Notes under the pieces: generated by a model
The model's database searches: none
Seen by the model: only the letters and a program-made list of their open reading frames with translations
Told to the model about the DNA's origin: nothing
Position numbers and translations under genes: made by a program
IMG/VR virus record: IMGVR_UViG_3300025133_000077
Span: 10,703 to 74,702 of that record
Origin: a virus
Reading direction: 5' to 3' (one strand)
DNA length: 64,000 nucleotides
Part shown: in pieces, positions 47,944 through 56,734 of the stretch
Position numbering within the stretch: position 1 is the stretch's first letter
Layout of the letters: the number at the start of each line of letters is the position of its first letter

Positions 47944-48229
47944 GCCGCCTCCGATCATTGTGCAGCTTCAGCTGCCTCAGCTCCGCCGCCGTCAGGACCA
48001 ACACCTTCTGGCGCAACCGCTCCGGGTCTACGTCTACCAGAGCGCAGAGGGCCTCGAAGGAGTTCGAGCGCCCGGAGTGATCCTCGAACAACCACCACTG
48101 GGCGTTGAAGAAGAGCCTCCGCTCGTGCACACGCGTCCGGCCCCGGTTGATGACGTAGTCGATGATCCCCTGCAGGATCACCGCCGTCCAGAGGTTCAGG
48201 TGCGGACCCGTGTCGGGGGCCCCGTTCAT
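47711..48229 (-). CDS. small helical protein (LW.AV...I.D...A.WWLF...SF..LC..VD.DP..LR), possible regulator
   Basis: ATGA overlap with the upstream gene; the 3' 233 nt overlap the next gene. Confidence 0.6.
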   Translation of the reverse strand: MNGAPDTGPHLNLWTAVILQGIIDYVINRGRTRVHERRLFFNAQWWLFEDHSGRSNSFEALCALVDVDPERLRQKVLVLTAAELRQLKLHNDRRRHVQGNEHHRAGGRSPGLSVEGNSSNGDGSSQHARPVPPPARGGDDRAAPALRRLLPSSSAAAQPAAAGGSLSSVGTG

Positions 48230-49437
48230 GCGACGGACACCGTCACCGGCGTCACCGTCAGAACCACGGCGGGCACCCGCGGCATGAACGCCCTGAGGAT
48301 GGGGGTCGCCACGATCGTGGCTGAGCCGACGCCGACGCCGATCACCCTGAGGTTGTCGCCGGAAGACTCCACCTCGATCACGTCGGTGTCGCTGGAGGTG
48401 AACTCGACGAAGGTGGTCGATGCAGGGTTCGAGCTGGGGAGGATGATCCGGCCATCCGACATCACCAAGGTCGGAGCCACCAGGACTTCTCCGCCCACCG
48501 CCAGAGCCAGTGGCCCGGCAGGCGCGTACGTCACCGTGTCCGGTGCCGGGAAGAGCAGGTTGACCGTGTTGGCCTGGGCCTGTGAGGGGATCTCGATGTC
48601 CACCGAGGAGTCGAGGTACCCGGCCGCCGTGACGGAGAAGATGCCTCCCCGCGGCAGGTCCACCTCGAAGTACCCGTTCTTGTCGGTGACGAGCTCGACC
48701 GGGGCCTGCGAGTACCCCACTGCGCCCGGGTACAGAGCCACCGGGTTCCTCTGCGGGGTCAGGCGGAGGTAGAGGCCGGAGACCGCCCTCCCTGCCGGAT
48801 CCACGAAGAAGCCCCAGCAGCGGCACAGGCTGGGGTTTGGCGACACCGGCGCCGTGAACGTCTCAGCGACGAACTGCCAGAGGTTGCTGGGGGGCGGCAC
48901 CCTCACGTTGATCTGTCTGGGGGAGGGCACGCTGGCGAGGATGTGGTCGCCGTAGAAGCGGAGCTGGTACCGCGCGACCGGCAAGGTGAAGTCGACCTCG
49001 CCGGCGGCGTCGGTGTAGCCCGTGGCGAGGAGCTCCGTCCCCGCCTGGTCGTAGACCTGGACCCCCATGTTCTCCACCGGGAGCCCATCCTTGTCGACCA
49101 CCTGCACCTCGGCCACGTAGCCCGGCGCCCCGATGGGGATGGGCGGGCTGACGCTGACCGGGAAGACCGCGAAGGATTCGACGGAGGAGTAGGGCGAGCC
49201 GCTGTAGAGGTAGGCCCACTCGAGCGTGAAGTCGCCGGCCCCCGTCGGCGTCCAGCTGACCGTGTACGTGCCCAGGGAGGGGTGCAGCACCGGCACCGGG
49301 GTCGCAACGACGTTGCCCAGCGAGTCCTTGACCTGCGCCGTCGGCGCCGCGTCAGCGTCCACCAGGTAGTCCCCGCCCGTGGTGGACAGGGTGATGATCA
49401 TCGTGAACTCGGACGCGATGCCGACGAAGTGCGCCAT
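48226..49437 (-). CDS. multi-Ig/transthyretin-like domain virion protein (403 aa)
   Basis: V.DKDGLPV....V.VY, TDAAGE..F.L...Y.L, TDKNGYF...L, FTSSDTDV. Confidence 0.7.
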   Translation of the reverse strand: MAHFVGIASEFTMIITLSTTGGDYLVDADAAPTAQVKDSLGNVVATPVPVLHPSLGTYTVSWTPTGAGDFTLEWAYLYSGSPYSSVESFAVFPVSVSPPIPIGAPGYVAEVQVVDKDGLPVENMGVQVYDQAGTELLATGYTDAAGEVDFTLPVARYQLRFYGDHILASVPSPRQINVRVPPPSNLWQFVAETFTAPVSPNPSLCRCWGFFVDPAGRAVSGLYLRLTPQRNPVALYPGAVGYSQAPVELVTDKNGYFEVDLPRGGIFSVTAAGYLDSSVDIEIPSQAQANTVNLLFPAPDTVTYAPAGPLALAVGGEVLVAPTLVMSDGRIILPSSNPASTTFVEFTSSDTDVIEVESSGDNLRVIGVGVGSATIVATPILRAFMPRVPAVVLTVTPVTVSVA

Positions 49438-49439
49438 GC

Positions 49440-50099
49440 TCAGGCTCCCAGGGACCGAGAGGTGTGCCGGGTCTGGATCGCCCCCTCCACCCCGTAGGCG
49501 TAGAACGACTGGGAGGAGTCCCACCCATCGATGGAGCAGGAGAAGGAGAGGTAGTACCAGCCCACCGCCGTCGGCACGTAGTCGACCTCGAAGACCCGCT
49601 GATGGCCCGAGGGCACCGTGGCCTCGAGCAGCGTCAGGTCCGTCCAGGTGCTCTCCCCGGCCTTCCGCACCTTGCCGTCCACGGTGACCGCGCCGGCGGG
49701 CACGGTGTACGACACCTTGTAGGCCGTGCCGACCGGGACTCGTACGGCCTCCATGCCGCGCCCGATGGCCATGCCCGCCACGTCCACCGAGGGCAGCCCT
49801 GCACCTGCACCGGAGGCGTCGAACTCGATGACCTGCAGGTCACCGATCAGAATGACCAGGACCTCGATCTTCCAGTAGCCCGCGGCGTCGGGAGTGAACT
49901 CGGCCTCGTACTCGCCGGGAGTGCCGGCGATCTCCGCCACGGTCACGGCGTTCGGGCCCGCGTAGACCGCGCCGTCCTTCCAGACGGTGACCGTGAAGTC
50001 CGCCGGGAGAGCCAGCCCCGGGAGCTTGGTGAGGCCGTCCAGATCGAGAGCAGGGAACTGCTCTCGGAAGACTTCACCTACGGTCGCGGAGCGCGCCAC
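49440..50099 (-). CDS. Ig-like virion protein
   Basis: GEYEAEFTPDAAGYWKI and YVPTAVGWYYL repeats. Confidence 0.65.
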   Translation of the reverse strand: MARSATVGEVFREQFPALDLDGLTKLPGLALPADFTVTVWKDGAVYAGPNAVTVAEIAGTPGEYEAEFTPDAAGYWKIEVLVILIGDLQVIEFDASGAGAGLPSVDVAGMAIGRGMEAVRVPVGTAYKVSYTVPAGAVTVDGKVRKAGESTWTDLTLLEATVPSGHQRVFEVDYVPTAVGWYYLSFSCSIDGWDSSQSFYAYGVEGAIQTRHTSRSLGA

Positions 50100-50414
50100 C
50101 TACGACTCCTCCCCCTCGCCGAGAGGGAACACCACGGCGGTCTTGCCGCCGTCGGTGGTCAGCATGACGCCCTGCTGCGGAGGCGGGGGCTGTGCCAGCA
50201 CGCTGTCGAGCTTGTCGCGAAGCGCCCGGAGGAACGAGGGACGGCACCTCAGCCGGGAGACCACCCGGGCCTCTTGGGCCTGCGGGGAGAAGACCGCGAG
50301 ATCCAGGAGCACCTCATCGTCGCCGTCCGGCAGGAGGCGAACGGCGTTGACGTACTCCCCGAACCGGAGCTCGGGGTCAACGATGATCTCGGGAACGGCC
50401 ACCTCAGTGCTCAT
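50100..50414 (-). CDS. hypothetical protein (DUF3467-like)
   Basis: EYVNAVR.....EVLLDLA; ATGA overlap. Confidence 0.55.
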   Translation of the reverse strand: MSTEVAVPEIIVDPELRFGEYVNAVRLLPDGDDEVLLDLAVFSPQAQEARVVSRLRCRPSFLRALRDKLDSVLAQPPPPQQGVMLTTDGGKTAVVFPLGEGEES

Positions 50415-50797
50415 GCGGAACGCTCCAGGAAGAGCACAGCGGAGTCGATGATGTAGCACGCCGAGGAGGAGATCAGGCTCCAGCAGAGCATCGCCGGAAT
50501 GAGGGAGTAGGGCTGTCCGGAGTAGAGCAGACGCTCCCCCGACAGGAGCCAGACCAGGAGCCAGCTCATCCAGCCGGTGTGGAAGCCCATGCAGTAGGGG
50601 CAGGAGAAGAGCTTCGTGACGAAGGCTCGCACGGCTCCTCTCCAGCGGGAGTTGCTGAACCCCAGCGGGGCCTCCTCATCTGCCTCAGGGAGATGTCCGA
50701 GCCGCAGGAGCCAGAGCACCGGGAAGACCTTCGTCGCCTTGTTCATGGCCCCGAAGCAGAGGCCGTAGGACAGCAGCAGAGCCAGAGCGTAGATCAC
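50411..50797 (-). CDS. membrane protein, DUF1360-like
   Basis: Hydrophobic segments and LFSCPYCMGFH.GW. Confidence 0.7.
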   Translation of the reverse strand: MIYALALLLSYGLCFGAMNKATKVFPVLWLLRLGHLPEADEEAPLGFSNSRWRGAVRAFVTKLFSCPYCMGFHTGWMSWLLVWLLSGERLLYSGQPYSLIPAMLCWSLISSSACYIIDSAVLFLERSA

Positions 50798-51138
50798 CGA
50801 GAGCTCCTCTTGCGGATCAGCTTGGGCACGCCGGCCTCCTTGGGCCTGGCGCTGGGCTTCTTGCCGCTGGCCAACAGGTTGTCGGCGCGACAGCAGTTGT
50901 CCTTCGCCGCCTTCTGGAAGATGCCGATGTCGTCGGGGATCCCGTCCCCGTCTTCGTCGACGCACTCCATGACGATGTTCACAGGGTACTGATCCAGCGC
51001 CTCCGCGAGCAAGTCCCGCTCCAGCCGCCCCTTGGCGTCGATCGGCCCCGAGGAGTACTCGCGGTCCAACCGAATGAGACGCCGTACAGCGTCTCCGAGC
51101 CCCAGGGTGACCTTCTTGGTGAACCGATCTGCCGCCAT
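50794..51138 (-). CDS. hypothetical protein with DxDGDGIPD motif
   Basis: DEDGDGIPDD Ca-binding-like motif; TAGGAT 6 nt before ATG. Confidence 0.65.
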   Translation of the reverse strand: MAADRFTKKVTLGLGDAVRRLIRLDREYSSGPIDAKGRLERDLLAEALDQYPVNIVMECVDEDGDGIPDDIGIFQKAAKDNCCRADNLLASGKKPSARPKEAGVPKLIRKRSSR

Positions 51139-51155
51139 GCGCGCATCCTACAAGA

Positions 51156-51188
51156 AGGCCCCCGTCGCGCCTAGCACGACGGGGGCCT
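51156..51188 (-). terminator. intrinsic terminator-like hairpin
   Basis: AGGCCCCCGTCG...CGACGGGGGCCT, followed by TCTTGT on the minus strand. Confidence 0.65.
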
Positions 51189-51211
51189 CCTGTTCAGGCC
51201 TCAGCGGGGTA

Positions 51212-51882
51212 CTAGACCACGCCGATGAACTGCGGCATCCAGACGACCTTGGAGGTGCCAGCGCCGGTGCTGTGGGTGTAGCCCACGCGCCAGATCTGGT
51301 CTTCCGAGGTGGACGGGGCCGTCTCGCTGACGCCGCCGGACACCCAGTAGACCACGGCACCCTCGGTGCTCAGCGTCTCGGAGACCTCGTAGACCTCGCC
51401 CGGCGTGCAGTACACCGAGTCGGTGTCCGCCTCGGCCAGGAGTCCCGCGGGGAACTTGTGGCTGGACGGGTTCGCCGACACGAGCGCGCCGCCGACGTAG
51501 GTCACCATGGTCTTGGCGGCCACGGTGCCGATGGTCTTGCCGTGCGCGGCGCGGCTCTCCTTGACGCCGACCGACTCGATGAAGAGCGTGCCGGACGTCG
51601 CGGTGGCCAGGGTCAGGTCGCCGCTGGTGGCGGTGATGCTGATGTTCCCCGAGTTGGCGATCGTGCCCAGCGCCGAGAAGGAGCTGACGTCGCTCTCGAC
51701 GAAGTTGTACGTGATCGTGTCGTCGCCGCTGTGGGCGCTGGACATCGCCGTGCCGCCCGCGCGGCCTCCTGAAGGCGCGATCCCTCTGCCTGCTCGTTCT
51801 CGAGCGCGGCGGAGATCTTCTTCTTGAACTTGACCTTCTTCTTGAGGCGAGTACGGCGGGGGTCGAGCTTCTTGGCGGTCAT
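51212..51882 (-). CDS. putative capsid decoration/cement-like protein, apparently frameshifted near 51760-51790
   Basis: Lys-rich N-terminal frame from ATG 51882 (has SD) and 177-aa C-terminal frame 51212-51745 (no well-spaced SD) differ by -1. Confidence 0.5.
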
Positions 51883-51908
51883 CTGGCTGGGTCCTCTGGC
51901 TTGGGGGG

Positions 51909-52142
51909 TCATCGCCTCTTGATGAGGTCGACGGTGTCTTGGTACTCCATGACGAATCTGCGGTAGTCGGAGTTCCGGTACTCGATCTCGTACTTCTTCC
52001 CTTCGTCGTCGGGCAGATCGAGGGTAACGCGCATCCGACGAGGCTGGTCAGGATCGCGCCCCACCGTCACCACGTCAACGCCCTTGCGCCGGATGTAGGC
52101 GAGGAGGAAGGCGTCTGAGGAACTGTACTGCTTCGCGCTCAC
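51909..52142 (-). CDS. small protein, DUF5659-like
   Basis: YSSSDAFLLAYI...G pattern; GTGA overlap. Confidence 0.6.
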   Translation of the reverse strand: MSAKQYSSSDAFLLAYIRRKGVDVVTVGRDPDQPRRMRVTLDLPDDEGKKYEIEYRNSDYRRFVMEYQDTVDLIKRR

Positions 52143-52534
52143 GACAGAACAACCTCTCGCTCGACGGCGAAGCAGATCTCGGTGGCTGACGCCGCGTGGC
52201 CCAGACGCTGCTGGTGGCCGGCGACTGGAAGAGTCTCGGTGATGGCTCCCGGGATCGACGGGTCCGCCCACAAAGCCTCCCCCCGGGTCCACGACCAGGC
52301 GGGGTTCGTCACACTGTGGCCTTGCCTGCCTTCCACCAACACCCTGCCGCCTCCCAGCACCCGCTCCACTACCCCGATCGCCGGCATGAGGGCAGGGGTC
52401 ATGGGGTCCGCCAGCGTCACTTGGCCGTCCACCGTGGGGTCCAGGCACACGAGGCTGTATGCCACCACTCCCGCGGCTGCGGCGTAGATTCTGGGAGAGT
52501 TCACTCTCCCCAGCAAGCTGAGAGACCGGGCCAT
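52139..52534 (-). CDS. capsid cement/DUF2190-like beta protein
   Basis: LAD......PAIGVV...G.V...W.W..G..LW...PG.IT.T.P.....Q.LG.A. Confidence 0.6.
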   Translation of the reverse strand: MARSLSLLGRVNSPRIYAAAAGVVAYSLVCLDPTVDGQVTLADPMTPALMPAIGVVERVLGGGRVLVEGRQGHSVTNPAWSWTRGEALWADPSIPGAITETLPVAGHQQRLGHAASATEICFAVEREVVLS

Positions 52535-52540
52535 GACGAA

Positions 52541-52570
52541 ATCGTACTCGCAGGGAGGTAGGTAGGTCAG
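52541..52570 (-). promoter_or_regulatory. sigma70-type leaderless promoter
   Basis: CTGACC - 18 nt - TACGAT - 6 nt - ATG 52534. Confidence 0.5.
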
Positions 52571-52576
52571 CCGCTA

Positions 52577-52999
52577 CTACGAGAAGCGGGGCTCATCCAC
52601 CGGGGAGATCCGTGCCACCTCGAACTGGTCCGGGGCCAGGGAGATGAGATCCATGAGGTCCGCCTCTGGGGCGTCCGGGATCGTGACCTTCCGGGAGAAG
52701 CCCGTCGACGTGACCGTGACCTGCACCTCGACACCCCGCAGCAGGGCGATCTCCGCGAATCCGTCAGCGTTCGTCTCCATGGAGTCCCGCATCCCAGACA
52801 ACATCGCCTTGCCCCCCAACAGCGCCAACCGAGGATTGGCCCACAGGTTGGCGAAGGAGACGACCTGGCCGACCACCGGAGCGCCCGACATGCTGAACAG
52901 GCGCACCCAGACCCGGCACTTGTCCCCGGGGGCCGCGGAGCGGAAGGTCCTGACCCCCACCAACGGCGGAGGCAGGAGGAAGCCCTGGTAGGTGGCCAC
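52577..52999 (-). CDS. transthyretin-like virion protein, paralogous to a domain of 48226-49437
   Basis: CRVW......G.PV.G...ETNADGFAEI.LLRG versus CRCWG...G.AV.G...TDKNGYFEV.LPRG. Confidence 0.65.
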   Translation of the reverse strand: MATYQGFLLPPPLVGVRTFRSAAPGDKCRVWVRLFSMSGAPVVGQVVSFANLWANPRLALLGGKAMLSGMRDSMETNADGFAEIALLRGVEVQVTVTSTGFSRKVTIPDAPEADLMDLISLAPDQFEVARISPVDEPRFS

Positions 53000-54052
53000 T
53001 CAGGTCTCCCGCACGCAGAAGAAGTCGGCTCCATCCGGGAAGGCGCGGTAGGTGTCCGCGGTGACGACGACGTCGTCGAGGGCGGCGAGGGGGCCGGTGA
53101 AGGGGCGGACGATCCGGGGGAGTTGTCCCTTGATGTGCTGCCGGCCCGCCGTGAGGTCGTAGAAGACGTTCGGGGCGAGGGCGACGTGGCCGTAGTCCTC
53201 CGTGCTGAACTCCGACAGACCGACCGCGTCGGCCCAGGACTTCCTCGCCACGGACGACGAGACGTAGGCGTCGGTGTGGTGCAGCGCCACCGCGGCGGAC
53301 GGGAAGGTCCCCGCGGAGCCACCCCACAGGATCATCGGCTGAGGGTCGACCGCCACGATGGCCAGGGCGTCGTAGTCCTCGACCAGCGCCGAGTCGAGTT
53401 CGAGCCTGCGGTTGGGGATGTCCACCGAGTCGATCTGCACCCGCTCCACGTTGGCCGGGCCGCTCGTGACGTCCTGGTTGACCACCCAGAGCTGTTGTCC
53501 CGGCTCCACGTCGGTGAAGTCGGTGCCGGCGGCGAAGAGCAGCGTCGTGGTGCCCGTCTGGTTGGTGCCCGTCGCCGGCCCCGCCAGGCGGCCGTAGAAG
53601 TTGCGCTGGGAGGGCACGATCGGCGACGCCGCGCCGAAGTAGCCCTTGTTGTAGGTGGTGCCTCCGTCGATGTCGGCGACGATGGCGACGCCATCGGCGT
53701 CGGCCACGATCCACCCCTGCATGGCGCCGTTCACCAGCTGCACGCAGGTGTTCCCGGCGACGTCGCCGACGCCGTTGTACCCGGTGCCGGGGGTGCCGAC
53801 GTCCCAGTACGAGTAGGCACGGAAGTGGACCTGCTCGCTGCCGGAGTCGTGGGTGGCTCGAAGCCAGAGGGCCAGCTCGCCGCTCTCTCCCACGCTGTAG
53901 TAGACGCGGTCCTGCGCTCCCACGGCGGCGCTGAGTTCCTCCACCAGCGTCCACCCGGCGTTGAGCAGGCGCTGGTGAAGCCCCTGCACCCCGTTGTCCA
54001 GGAGGTCGTCGATGCTGAGGAAGGCGTAGTTCAGCGACGCCGAGAGAGCCAT
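53000..54052 (-). CDS. virion structural protein
   Basis: Acidic, beta-rich; L..AGWTL N-terminus; strong codon bias. Confidence 0.7.
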   Translation of the reverse strand: MALSASLNYAFLSIDDLLDNGVQGLHQRLLNAGWTLVEELSAAVGAQDRVYYSVGESGELALWLRATHDSGSEQVHFRAYSYWDVGTPGTGYNGVGDVAGNTCVQLVNGAMQGWIVADADGVAIVADIDGGTTYNKGYFGAASPIVPSQRNFYGRLAGPATGTNQTGTTTLLFAAGTDFTDVEPGQQLWVVNQDVTSGPANVERVQIDSVDIPNRRLELDSALVEDYDALAIVAVDPQPMILWGGSAGTFPSAAVALHHTDAYVSSSVARKSWADAVGLSEFSTEDYGHVALAPNVFYDLTAGRQHIKGQLPRIVRPFTGPLAALDDVVVTADTYRAFPDGADFFCVRET

Positions 54053-54056
54053 CGGA

Positions 54057-54371
54057 TCAGCCTCCCACGACCGAGGGCCGGGTCCTCAGCACCAGGGTCT
54101 TGCGGGTCATGTCGTAGATGTAGAGCCGCGCCTTGCCGACCGCGGGCTCGGCCGTGATGCCGTGGGCGGCGGCCTTGGAGATGGCGGCCTCCTGAGCTTC
54201 GATCAGCTCGCCGCTGAGGTCCTGCATCTGCTGCTGGAGCCCGGCCATGCGCTCGCGGCACAGCTCCATCTTCAGGGCGATGTTCTCCACTCCGAGGTGA
54301 TCGCCCCCGGTCAGGGGGATCGCGGGAGGCAGTTCGGGGATCTGGGCGGGGTCGCTCATGCTCTGGCTCAC
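54057..54371 (-). CDS. small coiled-coil protein
   Basis: Heptad-like segment; coupled. Confidence 0.65.
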   Translation of the reverse strand: MSQSMSDPAQIPELPPAIPLTGGDHLGVENIALKMELCRERMAGLQQQMQDLSGELIEAQEAAISKAAAHGITAEPAVGKARLYIYDMTRKTLVLRTRPSVVGG

Positions 54372-54580
54372 TCTCGTGTCAGGGAGGACAGCTCATCTCG
54401 AAGGAAGATCTCCGCCGTCTCCGCGTTCTTGCGCGTCAGTGTACTCGATCCGGTCATCCCTTCCAGCACAGAGCCCAGGTAGTCGACCTCGTTCTTGATC
54501 CGCTTCTTCTCCTTGTCGATCCACTCCCGCGTGGCGTCTTCCAGGTCGTTGAGAGCGGCTTCCTGGCGGTCAGAAGGCAT
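54368..54580 (-). CDS. small helical protein
   Basis: Coupled to the sigma gene and the next gene. Confidence 0.65.
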   Translation of the reverse strand: MPSDRQEAALNDLEDATREWIDKEKKRIKNEVDYLGSVLEGMTGSSTLTRKNAETAEIFLRDELSSLTRE

Positions 54581-55370
54581 CGCGATACAGCCGGATCTTC
54601 TCGTACACCCGCGCCTTGATGCGGGAGACGGTCGGCGCGGAGACGCCCAGGTCCTTGGCGATCTCGCCGGTACCCTTCTTCGGCTTGCCGTTCAGGCCCA
54701 GGGAGTGCTCCAGGACGTAGTTCTCCCGCTGGTCGAGCTCGTGCTTGATGAGGGAGAGCACCTCGCGGTCCCGGCTCGGCATGTAGAAGGTCGGGTCCGA
54801 CATGCCCTCGGCCTCGAAGCCGGAGGCGATGTAGTCCATGCGCTGCTCGGCCTCCATGCGCTGCACCTCGGCGAGAGGCCAGCCCAGCCGGGCGGCCATC
54901 TCCATCGTGGTCGGGTCGCGCATCAACTCGTCCTTCGCCTCCTCCTTCGCCGTCTTGTACTCGGTGATCTTGTCGATGCGCTTCTCGGGCATGTAGCCCA
55001 CGTTCTGGTACTTCTTGATGAAGCGGCCGGACTTGCGGACCTGGCCGTGCACGAAGGTCCCCAGCGCGGCCGGCTTCCCTGTGGTCTTGCCCAGCTTGGT
55101 CGGATCGTACTTCCGCAGCGCCGTCAGGAACTGCTTGTTCACCTCGGCCTCGATCACAGCCGGTGGGACGGGGACCTTGTTCTGGTACAGCCGGACCCGG
55201 TTGTTGAGCACCCCGCGGAACTGCTTGAAGAGGGGGTCGAGCTTCTCGGGATGCTCCCCCGAGTCCTTCCACTCCTGCCACAGCTCCAAGTCCTTCTGCT
55301 GACGTGCCTTCAGCTTCGGGTTGTGCTTGGCGGCCATCGCCACCTTGGCGAACTGGTCCTTGGCGCTCAT
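54570..55370 (-). CDS. sigma70-family group-3 (FliA/WhiG/SigF-like) sigma factor
   Basis: Region 2 AL.KYDP.K...LGTFV; region 3 LMRDPT..EMA.RLGW; region 4 LDQRE..VL....GLNG......EIAKDLGVS..TVSRI. Confidence 0.88.
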   Translation of the reverse strand: MSAKDQFAKVAMAAKHNPKLKARQQKDLELWQEWKDSGEHPEKLDPLFKQFRGVLNNRVRLYQNKVPVPPAVIEAEVNKQFLTALRKYDPTKLGKTTGKPAALGTFVHGQVRKSGRFIKKYQNVGYMPEKRIDKITEYKTAKEEAKDELMRDPTTMEMAARLGWPLAEVQRMEAEQRMDYIASGFEAEGMSDPTFYMPSRDREVLSLIKHELDQRENYVLEHSLGLNGKPKKGTGEIAKDLGVSAPTVSRIKARVYEKIRLYRDAF

Positions 55371-56734
55371 CCCGGGATGACGTTCCCCGGCCGCGGCACG
55401 GCGGCCTGCTGGTTGTTGGTGGGCGTGGGGGAGGGGCCGGCGGTCTGCAGCTTGTTGAGCTGCTTCATCTGCACGGCCTGCGAGCCCTTGGTGGGGAACT
55501 GCGGGCGCTTGATGCCGGCCATGCCGTTCATGCGGCCGTCGACCGAGGCAGCGAATGCCTCCTTCGCGATCCCCTTCTTCTTCGCGTCCTCACGGAGCTT
55601 GCGGTCGATGAGCCCCGCTCCCGCACCGACACCGCCCCAGATGAGGCGGCCCTTCAGCGTGGCCGGCTCCTCGCCCCGGAGGAACTCGTGCGCGCCCAGG
55701 CCCAGCGCTCCGCCCGCCCCGGCGCCGGCGGCGTAGGGGCGGGTCGCCTCGATGCCGGTCAGCAGCTTGTGGTACGCGGACGCCGCCGCCTTCTCCGACT
55801 CCCAGACCCGCGTCCACGCATCCTTGTCCGGGTCGAAGGGAAGATCCGCCTTCCTGGTGCGATTCTTGGCCTTGCGCAACCACTTCTCAGACTTCGGGTG
55901 AGTTCGTCCGAACGCACGTGCCCTCGGAGGAACACCGATGATGGCTTCCGGGTCGTCCAAGCCCGTGGCCATCAGGCGCTGGTGCAACGCCTCGGAACTC
56001 GGGAAAACCCGCTGCTCGGATCGGATGAGGGGGTTGGCTTTGCCGGGTCCCGAGAGCTGCTCGACCCGGCGGTCAAACGAGCGCTGACCCGCGTTCTCCC
56101 ATCTCCGGGAACTGGCCATCTCCGACTTGAGATGATCTTCCCTCTCCCGCAGACCCGCCCAGAGTCCCTGTGCCTCCGCGTCGCTTCGACCGCGGAGGAC
56201 GTGTCCTGTGCCCACCCCCAGAGCACCGCCGACCCCTGCCCCTACCAGCGCCCGCCGCTTGGCAGCTCTTGCTCGCTCACCCTTCGGCCTGCGCATCGCC
56301 GAGAGCGCTCCCACACCGGCCCCCGCACCGGCCCCAACAAGCCCTTCCACGATGGCCGGGTGCACCTCCGCCGCCTTCTGCTGGAACTGCGCATACTGGG
56401 CATGTTGGGCCTGCTGCGCCTTGTGCTGCTTCCACGCCCGGTGAGCCTTGTAGGCTCCGTAGCCTCCCAAGGCCGTCAGGGCCGTGCCGGCTGCGAGGGT
56501 CCGTCCCTTGTAGACCCGCATCGGCGTGCGGGTCTTGGCCCCCGGGGCCCTGTTCTCGAAGCCGAGCCGCACAGCGTCATTGACCCCGGTGCCCGCCCGC
56601 TTCTCCTGCTCCTTCTTGATGAGGGCAGTGACGTTGATCGGGATCTTCCCCTTCCGCACCTTGGGCACGGGGGACATCTGCTGGGAGGCCGCGATCTTGA
56701 TGGCCTCATCGACGAAGGGACTGTTCTGAGTCAT
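55367..56734 (-). CDS. basic glycine-zipper protein segmented by K-x-A motifs, putative internal virion protein
   Basis: KIA, KRA, KAA and KEA delimit modules with GxxxG stretches (GAGAGAGVGA, GAGVGGALG, GAGAGGALG). Confidence 0.65.
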   Translation of the reverse strand: MTQNSPFVDEAIKIAASQQMSPVPKVRKGKIPINVTALIKKEQEKRAGTGVNDAVRLGFENRAPGAKTRTPMRVYKGRTLAAGTALTALGGYGAYKAHRAWKQHKAQQAQHAQYAQFQQKAAEVHPAIVEGLVGAGAGAGVGALSAMRRPKGERARAAKRRALVGAGVGGALGVGTGHVLRGRSDAEAQGLWAGLREREDHLKSEMASSRRWENAGQRSFDRRVEQLSGPGKANPLIRSEQRVFPSSEALHQRLMATGLDDPEAIIGVPPRARAFGRTHPKSEKWLRKAKNRTRKADLPFDPDKDAWTRVWESEKAAASAYHKLLTGIEATRPYAAGAGAGGALGLGAHEFLRGEEPATLKGRLIWGGVGAGAGLIDRKLREDAKKKGIAKEAFAASVDGRMNGMAGIKRPQFPTKGSQAVQMKQLNKLQTAGPSPTPTNNQQAAVPRPGNVIPG

